56,484 bases of DNA from positions 1-56,484 of the forward strand of contig CAIJKW010000039.1 of assembly GCA_903821355.1 (NCBI GenBank), given 5' to 3'. The notes below the pieces were generated by a model. It was not told the DNA's origin and made no database searches. It saw only the letters and a list, made by a program, of their open reading frames with translations. Positions 8,805 through 17,300 of this stretch are shown piece after piece (position 1 is the stretch's first letter; each line of letters begins with the position of its first letter). Made by a program: the position numbers and the translations under genes. This DNA comes from an uncultured bacterium (GTDB taxonomy: Bacteria > Patescibacteriota > Minisyncoccia > Phycocordibacterales > CAIZLB01).

Positions 8805-9450
8805 TTATCTTTTCCTCTGTTCTGCTTTTTGTCTGCGTTCTTCTGCTTCTCTGACTTTATTGACTTCCATATTTATAATCTCAAATGCTTCTATAACTTC
8901 GGCTGATTGGTCGTAATATCCCCCTGAATCTGGTAACACACTCCACTCTTTACAATTCGCATAAAGAGCCAACCTACTATCTGGGTTGGCTACTTTATAT
9001 CCTCTAGCAAACCTTTCGGCTTGTTCGGCAAGTTCTTTATTTTTTTTTAGACTTAGTTTCTGTTGGAACTAACCAAGGGTTGAAATCTCTGATATCCTCT
9101 AATAGCCCTTGGGATATATCTGAGTCCATTCTTTCCTGAATCCAACTCCAATCATTGGTTTCAAATCCATTCTTTAATGACTCGTTCCCAGCATCGTCTT
9201 CTGTCCAAACGTTGTAACCAACAACTGCGATATCAAATAACGCTTTTCGGTCAGAGCCTACCGACATGTCCATTTCGACAACTTCGGTAGCATTGTTATA
9301 GGCAACTCTATGAGATGTTTGGTCTTCATAGTTCCTTCTCTGGCCTTCTGTTAACTTACGATGTTCAATCCACTGTTCCTTGTCTTCTGGTAGGAAAAAC
9401 TTTTTTGTCTTCGCTTTTCCAAAGAAAACTTTGTTCTTTTCTTTTTCCAT
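8805..9450 (-). CDS. tail assembly chaperone, -1 frameshift fusion product (gpGT-like)
   Basis: A -1 slip in the A9 run (9048..9040) opens a 78-codon extension: NKELAEQAERFARGYKVANPDSRLALYANCKEWSVLPDSGGYYDQSAEVIEAFEIINMEVNKVREAEERRQKAEQRKR. It ends at TAA 8807..8805, which abuts the tape measure ATG (8804). Confidence 0.7.
9037..9450 (-). CDS. tail assembly chaperone (gpG-like, frame-0 product)
   Basis: 137 aa and acidic. Lies between the major tail protein and the tape measure. Ends ...TETKSKKK-TAA inside an A9 run. Confidence 0.75.
   Translation of the reverse strand: MEKEKNKVFFGKAKTKKFFLPEDKEQWIEHRKLTEGQRRNYEDQTSHRVAYNNATEVVEMDMSVGSDRKALFDIAVVGYNVWTEDDAGNESLKNGFETNDWSWIQERMDSDISQGLLEDIRDFNPWLVPTETKSKKK
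9040..9048 (-). other. slippery run A9 (A AAA AAA type) for a programmed -1 frameshift
   Basis: Minus strand reads tct aaa aaa aaa taa. The -1 frame is open for 78 codons up to the tape measure start. Confidence 0.7.
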
Positions 9451-9461
9451 GTTCCCCTTTC

Positions 9462-10445
9462 TTAATAACTCGCGGTACTATTCCTCAACGTAATCGTTGC
9501 TATGTCTTGTGTTCCCTTTACTGGAAGTAGATCTAATGTTTCTACGATTAAGTCATCTCCAGATAAAGTTAATGGAGCAAACTTAAAGACGGCTGTTGGG
9601 ATGTCGATATCCATTGTATATTTAGTCGTCGTAGAAGGAATGTAAACTCCGTCAGCACTCTCGAAAGATAAATGTAGAGCTCCGCTATAAGTTTGTTGTA
9701 ATCCTGAAGCAACTGTCGCACCTGCACTACCGTAGGTTGCCTTTTTATAGATGTTTGAATTAGTAGGTACAACGTCTATTGCGGCTGTAAGTTCTCTTCG
9801 TCTTTCTTGTAATTGACCTAAGAATTTAGAACCAATTCTGAAGTCGTCATCTACGATGTTGTTTTTGATTTCAAAACTAACATTCTTAACTGAGATGTCT
9901 GTACCTTCTAGGGTGACTTTACCACCAGCAAAAGTAAAGACTGGAGCTGTTTCAAAAGTAGCAGCTTGAGCTGTTTTACCTGATGTTTCGTTAATCGCAA
10001 TAAGTCCAACTGAACCCTTAGCGACTTCGCCAGCGGCACATTCTATCCTGAATGAATTAACTTTAACGTCAGTATAACCGAAAACTTCTAGGTTGCTTCC
10101 AACTTTCTCCTCAATAGATAAAGGTGGTACTGTTCCAGCAAACTTGAAGGTGTGTCCATAACCAGCCCCAATACCTGAAGAGGCTGAAGAACCCATTGCT
10201 CCTAAAATAAAATAACCAACTGCTTCTGGTCTGAGGTTGAACTCAACCGAACCAGAATACTTTAATGTTCCAGAATACGCAGCCACTATATCTCGCCCTC
10301 CCCCTATTTCAGAGTCGGTGATAATTAAGCTGTCATCTGGGTTGATATCGATACTGTTGGCATATAAATACTTCGCTGGAGTAACGTATGTTCCCGATGC
10401 GACCTGTTTTGCTATACCTAGGTATCCTTCTTGTGACTGTGCCAT
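9462..10445 (-). CDS. major tail (tube) protein
   Basis: 327 aa, immediately upstream of the G/GT chaperones. No sheath gene is present, which fits a siphovirus-type tail. Called by position and size. Confidence 0.65.
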   Translation of the reverse strand: MAQSQEGYLGIAKQVASGTYVTPAKYLYANSIDINPDDSLIITDSEIGGGRDIVAAYSGTLKYSGSVEFNLRPEAVGYFILGAMGSSASSGIGAGYGHTFKFAGTVPPLSIEEKVGSNLEVFGYTDVKVNSFRIECAAGEVAKGSVGLIAINETSGKTAQAATFETAPVFTFAGGKVTLEGTDISVKNVSFEIKNNIVDDDFRIGSKFLGQLQERRRELTAAIDVVPTNSNIYKKATYGSAGATVASGLQQTYSGALHLSFESADGVYIPSTTTKYTMDIDIPTAVFKFAPLTLSGDDLIVETLDLLPVKGTQDIATITLRNSTASY

Positions 10446-10454
10446 TTTTTCTCC

Positions 10455-10919
10455 TTAAATAATTAAATTCGTTTTTATCGATAAAGTGATAACCGACATG
10501 TGGAGAAATACAGTCTTTGCTTCCCCATTTTCGTAAGTTATCTTGTCAATGTCCATTTGGTATGGTACTTCACTAATGTTACTATCGTTATATGAAAGTG
10601 TCAAAACTTCTGAAGTAGAAAGAGACTTTATAATCCTTTTGACTATCTTGCTTAACCTATTAAGTCCGTTGTCATAATCTCCATCCTTGACCATTAAGAC
10701 TAAATCAAGGGTATAATTCCATCTCGTGGCGAGCCGTTGTCCTATCTCAAAATCAACTGGGACTTCTTGACTTGGAACGATTCCTAAGAAAGTTTCAGTT
10801 AAAACCGTATCTGGGAGTCTTCTTTGAATATTCTCAATCTTATCGTCTGTATAGGGAGAATTTAGTCCAACATTCTTAACCAGTTCATCATTTAGTTTTT
10901 GTACAATTAAATCTATCAT
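10455..10919 (-). CDS. head-tail joining / tail terminator-like protein
   Basis: 154 aa, between the neck proteins and the major tail protein. Position only. Confidence 0.35.
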   Translation of the reverse strand: MIDLIVQKLNDELVKNVGLNSPYTDDKIENIQRRLPDTVLTETFLGIVPSQEVPVDFEIGQRLATRWNYTLDLVLMVKDGDYDNGLNRLSKIVKRIIKSLSTSEVLTLSYNDSNISEVPYQMDIDKITYENGEAKTVFLHMSVITLSIKTNLII

Positions 10920-11443
10920 GACATTCCCATCTGAATCATTTTACCAAACCAACCAGCAAGACTCTCCGTTAAATAAATACTGTCTGAATTATTGAATCCA
11001 ACCATTGGTCTACTCCATTGTCTTATATTATGATTTTTACCACCCATCTCAGTGCCATCAGGATTTGGTGGATTACTCCCTAATTGGTGTATTCTATATT
11101 TAAAGTTTCTAATATTCCCGCCCCAAGACATGCTTAATCCATCTGTTCCCATACTTTGGTTTAATTGACCTCTCGTCGTAGTTACGCTTCTCATCAACCC
11201 ACCTGTTTTTCTTAGAATAGCGTGTCCTCTATCTTTTTTCTTATATCCCTCACTCCATTCCGCCCACGCAGTCCCATTTGACTCTTTGCTTCCTAGGAAA
11301 TTATCCTTAAAACTATCTCTCATGTGGGGGTCGGCATGAAGATAAAACCACTGTGAGATGCTGGGAACGCCAAGAGCTTTCTCGGCCGTATTCAGCATCC
11401 TCTTTACACGAACATCATCAATTGTTATTGATAGTTGAGCCAT
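10916..11443 (-). CDS. virion morphogenesis / tail completion protein (Mu G / P2 gpS-like)
   Basis: 175 aa. AILRKTGGLMRSVT resembles the IL..SG.L..S motif of the Phage_tail_S / Mu G family. Located in the neck module. Confidence 0.5.
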   Translation of the reverse strand: MAQLSITIDDVRVKRMLNTAEKALGVPSISQWFYLHADPHMRDSFKDNFLGSKESNGTAWAEWSEGYKKKDRGHAILRKTGGLMRSVTTTRGQLNQSMGTDGLSMSWGGNIRNFKYRIHQLGSNPPNPDGTEMGGKNHNIRQWSRPMVGFNNSDSIYLTESLAGWFGKMIQMGMS

Positions 11444-11961
11444 TATCTCTCCATATCATAAAAAGTCCCACCTGTTTCTCTCATTGGTCTATTGTAAAAA
11501 CTATTTGAATCTAACGCTTCGGTACTTGAGGTAAAACCCGTATCATAATTTTCTGGAGCATTAGAAAGAATCTTCCTCGGCTTAGATAAACTTGGGTTAG
11601 ATTCTAGGGTCGCTCCAATAAGAGTTATTTCTCCTTCTCGGATTTGTTTTAGATTAGATAAAGCCCTTCCTCTTAAATCTTTAGCATAACTATGTAAACT
11701 TTCAACTTCGTGAACCGAAGCCAGGGAAAGCAAAAACATCCCAGAAGAAAGATCCTCTTGGAGAGATTTTAATAAGTTAGTCGTTGTACCAGAAGTAACA
11801 GGATCAACTGAACTTAAAATAGAGATAGGTAAAGTATAAATCCCAGCAAAATAAGTATTCATAACTGCTTCTGCCTTGTTTATGAATTTAACTCTATCTA
11901 CTCCAGAACCGACAGGAATATCGCCTATTAAATCATCTATATCGTTTGTAGAACACCACAT
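11443..11961 (-). CDS. head-tail connector / adaptor (DUF1320/Mu gp36-like N-terminus)
   Basis: 172 aa, the first gene after the capsid gene. The N-terminus MWCSTNDIDDLIGD resembles the M.YCT..DL start of DUF1320 adaptors. Confidence 0.4.
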   Translation of the reverse strand: MWCSTNDIDDLIGDIPVGSGVDRVKFINKAEAVMNTYFAGIYTLPISILSSVDPVTSGTTTNLLKSLQEDLSSGMFLLSLASVHEVESLHSYAKDLRGRALSNLKQIREGEITLIGATLESNPSLSKPRKILSNAPENYDTGFTSSTEALDSNSFYNRPMRETGGTFYDMER

Positions 11962-11985
11962 TTTGCTCCTTTTAAGTTGCTAATT

Positions 11986-12004
11986 AAGGGGGTAAACCCC
12001 CCTT
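11986..12004 (-). terminator. stem-loop directly after the major capsid gene (attenuator or partial terminator)
   Basis: Minus strand reads AAGGGGGG-TTTA-CCCCCTT followed by AATTAGC. It lies 10 nt after the capsid stop. The U-tail is weak. Confidence 0.45.
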
Positions 12005-12013
12005 ATTAGAAAC

Positions 12014-13000
12014 CTAGACTATTGTAGCAATAACCAATTGGTCAGGATTTTGAATGACTGGGAGTTCTCGAACTCCTACAAGCATCCAAGTATCCACTGG
12101 GTCTTTAGTGACCCATGAATAACTAAATTTGCCAACAACTTTCTTAGTGGTATCGCCGACAGGAACGTCAGTAGGACTAACAAAAGTTTTGCCCAAACCT
12201 TCTCTAGCAACAAGGATAACCTTGTCGTTAGGGATGTAGTATTGAACATCTCCGTTGTCGTCTACATAAGTTGTGTCATAGACAGTAATATTGATACCAG
12301 CAAGAGTAGTTATATAACCATTCTTGGCAAGCATATCACCGACTTGATACTTAAGTAAGTCTCGGATATCAGAATTGCCGACTAAATAACGCATAACAGT
12401 TGAGTTACAGTACATATCTGTAGCATTAACTCCGCTGTCTTTGGCAATTAAGATTTTCCATTCTAGCAAATCATCCATTGGTTTAGAATTAGTCAAATCA
12501 TTCCATTTTTCAGTACCCGTTTTAGCTATTTTATGAGTAGCATCCATACCATAGTCTACAACGAATCTTACTGCTGGGTCTGACTGACTAACATCTAACT
12601 GGCCGTTAGTAAGGGCATACCATCTTGAAGCTTCTCTTCGATTCTCAATCATTCTATCAAGAGCTTCTAACTCGTCTGTAATGGCTTGCTCGCCATAAGG
12701 TTCGTCATAAGCACCTGGTCGATCGATGAAATTCTTGGTTGCTTCGTCAATGGTTTTTTTCTCTTTAATTAAAGCTGTGGCAGCAGACAATCTGAGCCTT
12801 GGCAATAATGTAGAGACATGAGCCTCTCCGCCTTGAGCGACATAACGAGCCATATTTCTAGCACCCTTTACAACATCCCAACCAGCAATCTCCCCAGCAA
12901 TTGGTTTCTCTGGGAAAAAAGCGGCTCCGATGTGTTGAGGTCTAGGAAATCTGCGTACAATTTCGGTCATCGTTCTTGATTTTAATACATCAAATTCCAT
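12014..13000 (-). CDS. major capsid protein (lambda gpE-like arrangement)
   Basis: 328 aa. Gene order scaffold - 116-aa decoration protein - this gene mirrors lambda C/Nu3-D-E. A hairpin follows, as is common after highly expressed capsid genes. Confidence 0.75.
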   Translation of the reverse strand: MEFDVLKSRTMTEIVRRFPRPQHIGAAFFPEKPIAGEIAGWDVVKGARNMARYVAQGGEAHVSTLLPRLRLSAATALIKEKKTIDEATKNFIDRPGAYDEPYGEQAITDELEALDRMIENRREASRWYALTNGQLDVSQSDPAVRFVVDYGMDATHKIAKTGTEKWNDLTNSKPMDDLLEWKILIAKDSGVNATDMYCNSTVMRYLVGNSDIRDLLKYQVGDMLAKNGYITTLAGINITVYDTTYVDDNGDVQYYIPNDKVILVAREGLGKTFVSPTDVPVGDTTKKVVGKFSYSWVTKDPVDTWMLVGVRELPVIQNPDQLVIATIV

Positions 13001-13008
13001 ATAACTCC

Positions 13009-13359
13009 CTATTTCTCATTCACGAAGAGAATACCCTTAAGGTCAGTTTTAGCGTTTGCGTCAAGACCAGTTAGTCTATCTTCGTAAACCGTTCCGTGAG
13101 TGTACATTGAACCCATAACTCCTGATGCCGTAGCGTCAAAAGCGTCGCACAAAATTCCTTTAGCAACATTTAATCCACCGGAACCAGCGTCATTGTAATC
13201 AGCGAAACAACCAGAGGCGACCCCTGTGTTATGTTGAGCAACAACCTGTCCCTTTACCAAAGCACCAGCACCACTAGCGATAGTGATACCTTGCTTAACG
13301 TAATGACTAGAAGCAAGAATTTCTGTTGGGGTTACTGATGTGCTTGAAATCCAACCCAT
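13009..13359 (-). CDS. head decoration protein (gpD-like)
   Basis: 116 aa and Gly/Ala-rich, directly upstream of the capsid gene. Size and position match lambda D-type decoration proteins. Confidence 0.55.
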   Translation of the reverse strand: MGWISSTSVTPTEILASSHYVKQGITIASGAGALVKGQVVAQHNTGVASGCFADYNDAGSGGLNVAKGILCDAFDATASGVMGSMYTHGTVYEDRLTGLDANAKTDLKGILFVNEK

Positions 13360-13383
13360 GATAATTCTCCATTTTTCTTAAGA

Positions 13384-14331
13384 CTAAACTTGCTTGCTTT
13401 CTTTACGAAAACGTTTAGTCAATTCTTCAGCCTTTTCGACCGCTTCTTTCTTCTCGGCTTCTTCAGTAGAAGTATCGTCAGCAGGTTTCTTGTCGTCCCC
13501 TGTGCCGGCTTCTTTGTCGAGTTCTACAAGTTTAGGCTGATTATCTTTAATTTCACAATACTTAGCGTATTGTTCCTTAGATAATGATTTTACAAATTCT
13601 TTCTCAGAAGTAGTGTCAGCAATTACTTTGCCATCTTTGGCAAAAGCATCAATCTTTTCTTCTCTTGAAAGTAACTCTGCGTCTGTTTGAGCTTTCTTAA
13701 ACTCTTCATTTTCTTTCTTGAATCCATCGTTCTCTTTTTTAAGAACTTCTAATTCTTTTTCGACTTTTCGAAGTTCTTCAACTTCTTTTTTCAACTGTAC
13801 AATCTCTTCCATGTTTTCTCCTTCATTATTATCTTTAATATCTTTTCTAAATATTTTTACATCTGCCATCCCCTCGACCTGCGGAATGTCTACAAATCCG
13901 AATCCCCATAAAACCTTCTCAAACAAATTACCCTGATTATCTTCATACGGACCAATCTCACTGGATCTATTTTTTAGGGTTCCTCTTTTAATCTTTTCCA
14001 TTGCATCTGGTTCAGTTATTTCAACGTCGGAAAAAAGAGATTTCCCCCGCCTATATAAATTTGTAATATACCCAATTACGCTTGAAACATCTTTTACCGA
14101 ATCATCTGTACTTCGATGACCGATTCTAACTGGTGGTTGAAAACCGACTGCTCCGTCTTTTAAAAGAGTGAAATTGGCAATCATCTCGTCTATATCCTCT
14201 TCAGTATAGGTCTTGTCACGATACGTTCCAGTCTTAAAGATTTCGACTTCTTTAAGTTCCTTTTCGTCTTTCGAGTAAACAAAAACATCTGTTGACTTAA
14301 AAGAAAATTCGTTATCTAATACTTTTTCCAT
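13384..14331 (-). CDS. scaffolding protein (possibly a protease/scaffold fusion)
   Basis: 315 aa. The C-terminal half is a highly charged E/K coiled coil (EIVQLKKEVEELRKVEKELEVLKKENDGFKKENEEFKK). Lies upstream of the decoration and capsid genes. Confidence 0.6.
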   Translation of the reverse strand: MEKVLDNEFSFKSTDVFVYSKDEKELKEVEIFKTGTYRDKTYTEEDIDEMIANFTLLKDGAVGFQPPVRIGHRSTDDSVKDVSSVIGYITNLYRRGKSLFSDVEITEPDAMEKIKRGTLKNRSSEIGPYEDNQGNLFEKVLWGFGFVDIPQVEGMADVKIFRKDIKDNNEGENMEEIVQLKKEVEELRKVEKELEVLKKENDGFKKENEEFKKAQTDAELLSREEKIDAFAKDGKVIADTTSEKEFVKSLSKEQYAKYCEIKDNQPKLVELDKEAGTGDDKKPADDTSTEEAEKKEAVEKAEELTKRFRKESKQV

Positions 14332-14355
14332 TTCACTCCCTTGTTATCTATAATA

Positions 14356-14383
14356 ATTAAACCACATATAATAAATGTGTCAA
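14356..14383 (-). promoter_or_regulatory. sigma70-like promoter upstream of the scaffold/capsid genes
   Basis: Minus strand reads TTGACA (14383..14378), a 16-nt spacer, then TGgTTTAAT (extended -10 ending at 14356). It sits in the 55-nt gap between the giant gene and the scaffold gene. Confidence 0.4.
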
Positions 14384-14386
14384 AAC

Positions 14387-17300
14387 TTAGATAACAGTTG
14401 AATCGATAGAGTACCAATCATAACCATCATAAACTTCTAACTTATTTGTTTCGGCATTATATCCAAACTGACCTTCGATTGGTGGAGTTGGTCTTTTTGC
14501 TGTTCCCCAAACAGGCATTTTTAATGGTCCGGTTTGTATAGCAAAATCATCCACTAAATCACATGGGAACATATTAATATTCAAACGATAGTAATCATCA
14601 CTTCCAGGAGATGGGCTTGCTGACGCACTTGAACTCGATGAACTTGAAGGACTAACAGATGGGCTAATGCTTGGGGATTGGCTAGAACTTACTGAAGGAC
14701 TTTGAGATGGTGATATTGATGGAGATATTGAAGGACTAACCGACGCACTAGAAGAATCTGATGAAGATGTACTAGCCGAGACTGAAGAACTTTCGCTTAA
14801 GGAAGGACTTAAGGAAGGGGAAACTGACGCACTGCTTGACTCAGAACTTGATTCTGAGGCAGAAACACTACTCGACTCCGATACCGAAGGACTCGACGAA
14901 GGACTGACTGACGGAGAAACTGATGGACTAACGGACGCACTTGAACTTTCACTAGAACTTTCGCTAATAGAGGCGGACGCTGATGAACTTTCACTAGAGC
15001 TTTCTGATAATGATGGGCTTGATGACTCCGAGCTACTTTCTGAAACCGAAGGGCTTAACGATGGCGAGATAGAGGGTGAGACCGATTCAGACTGACTTTC
15101 TGAACTACTTTCTGAACTACTTGGTGAAGCCGATGGAGAGACACTCTCTGAATAACTAGCAGACTCGCTAGAGCTTTCTGAAATTGACGCACTAGCACTT
15201 GACGACTCCGATGATGATTCGCTAGAAGAAGGACTTACTGATGGCGAGACTGAAGCTGAAGATGACTCCGAGATACTCGCTGAGTCACTTGAACTTTCGC
15301 TACTAGATTCACTGGCACTTTCTGATAAGCTAGGAGAAACGCTAGGACTGACAGAGGGACTTTCTGAGGAACTCATACTAGCAGAAGAAGATTCACTTGA
15401 ACTTTCAGATGCTGACTCTGAACTAGATTCGCTCGAAGACGCTGAAACACTTATTGAAGAACTTTCACTTATTGAAGCGGAAGCACTTTGAGACTCAGAA
15501 CTTGATTCTGAAGCACTTTCACTAATAGAGGCGGAGTCAGATTGAGATTCAGAAACCGAAGGGCTAACCGAGGGGCTGTATGAAGCTGAGGCACTGCGTG
15601 ACGGACTACTACTCGGACTTATTGAAGGGCTTACAGACGCACTAAGAGAATTTGAGGAGCTTTCGCTGATACTTGGGCTAACAGACGGACTAACCGAGGC
15701 ACTACTTGATTCTGAAACAGATTCACTAACACTCTCAGAAACTGAGGGTGAATAAGAGGCCGATTCTGAGCTTGACTCGCTTATAGAGGCGGATGAACTC
15801 TGGGATTCAGACATTGAGGCACTAACAGAAGGAGATGCCGACTCTGAGGGTGATTCACTAGAACTCTCACTTATAGAGGCACTTTCACTCCTTGACGCTG
15901 AAGATGATTCTGAAGCACTCTCGGAAGAACTAGCAGATGCAGATTCACTGCTAGACCCAGAACTTGATTCACTTAAACTGGGACTAACAGAGGGAGAAAC
16001 TGAAGCTGATATTGATTCTGAGCTAGACTCACTCACGGATTCTGATACAGAAGGACTGACAGACTCTGAAACGGACTCAGAGACGCTTGGAGAGTAAGAT
16101 GCACTTTCACTGCTACTTTCTGAGGTGGACTCTGAAACAGAAGGAGAATACGAAGCTGATTCACTAGATGATTCTGACAAGCTTTCCGAACTAGACTCTG
16201 AAACTGATTCAGATACGCTAGGAGAATATGACGCAGATTCACTACTGGATTCGCTTAATGATGGGCTAATACTTGGCGAATAACTAGCAGACTCGCTTGA
16301 AGATTCTGAACTTGATGGACTGGCAGAGACAGAACTTGATGGACTAGAAGATTCACTCTCACTCTCGCTAGAAGATTCAGATACACTAGGGCTGACGCTT
16401 GGAGAAACTGATGGTGAATAACTTGAACTAGGACTTTGACTATCTGAAGAACTGGGACTAACCGAAGCACTACTAGAGGCACTAGACGATGCAGAACTTG
16501 ATTCACTGGGGCTAACCGATGAACTTTCACTTATACTTGCAGATGGTGAGATTGACGGGCTGATTGAGGGACTTATACTTGGGCTGACGCTTGGTGACAC
16601 GGAAGCAGACGAGCTTTCAGATATTGAAGCACTGGCAGATTGAGAGGCTGAGCTACTCGGAGATTTAGATGGACTGACCGAAGGAGAAGCAGAGACAGAA
16701 GAACTTTCGCTGATTGAAGCTGATGAACTAGATGAAGGGCTAACTGATGGACTCTTACTAGAAGAACTACTCGCAGAGCTTGACACAGAGCTAGAAGCTG
16801 AAATTGACGCTGAAGCACTGCTAGAAGGACTACTTGAGGGGGATTTTGAATTACTGCTACTAGGTGAGCTACTAGGGCTTATAGAGGGACTATACGAGGC
16901 TGACGCAGAGCTTGAAACAGAACTAGAGGGACTCCTAGAGACACTGCTAGAAGCAGAACTAGAGGGACTGATACTCGGACTATAAGACGAACTAGCCGAC
17001 TGAGAGACAGAACTACTCGGAGACTTAGAAGGACTAACCGAGGGGCTGACTGATGGACTAAATGAAGGCGAATAACTAGAAGAAGGCGAACTAGAAGGAC
17101 TGCTACTTATTGAGGCAGAGACACTACTAGATGGACTTTTAGACGGACTGACACTAGGACTAACTGAGGGAGAAACTGAAGGGCTGACCGAAGGACTAAC
17201 CGAAGGAGAGAATGAGGGGCTGTAAGAACTACTCGCACTAGAAGAAACAGAACTAGACGGAGATTTGCTTGGAGAGACTGAGGGAGACGCTGACGGGCTG

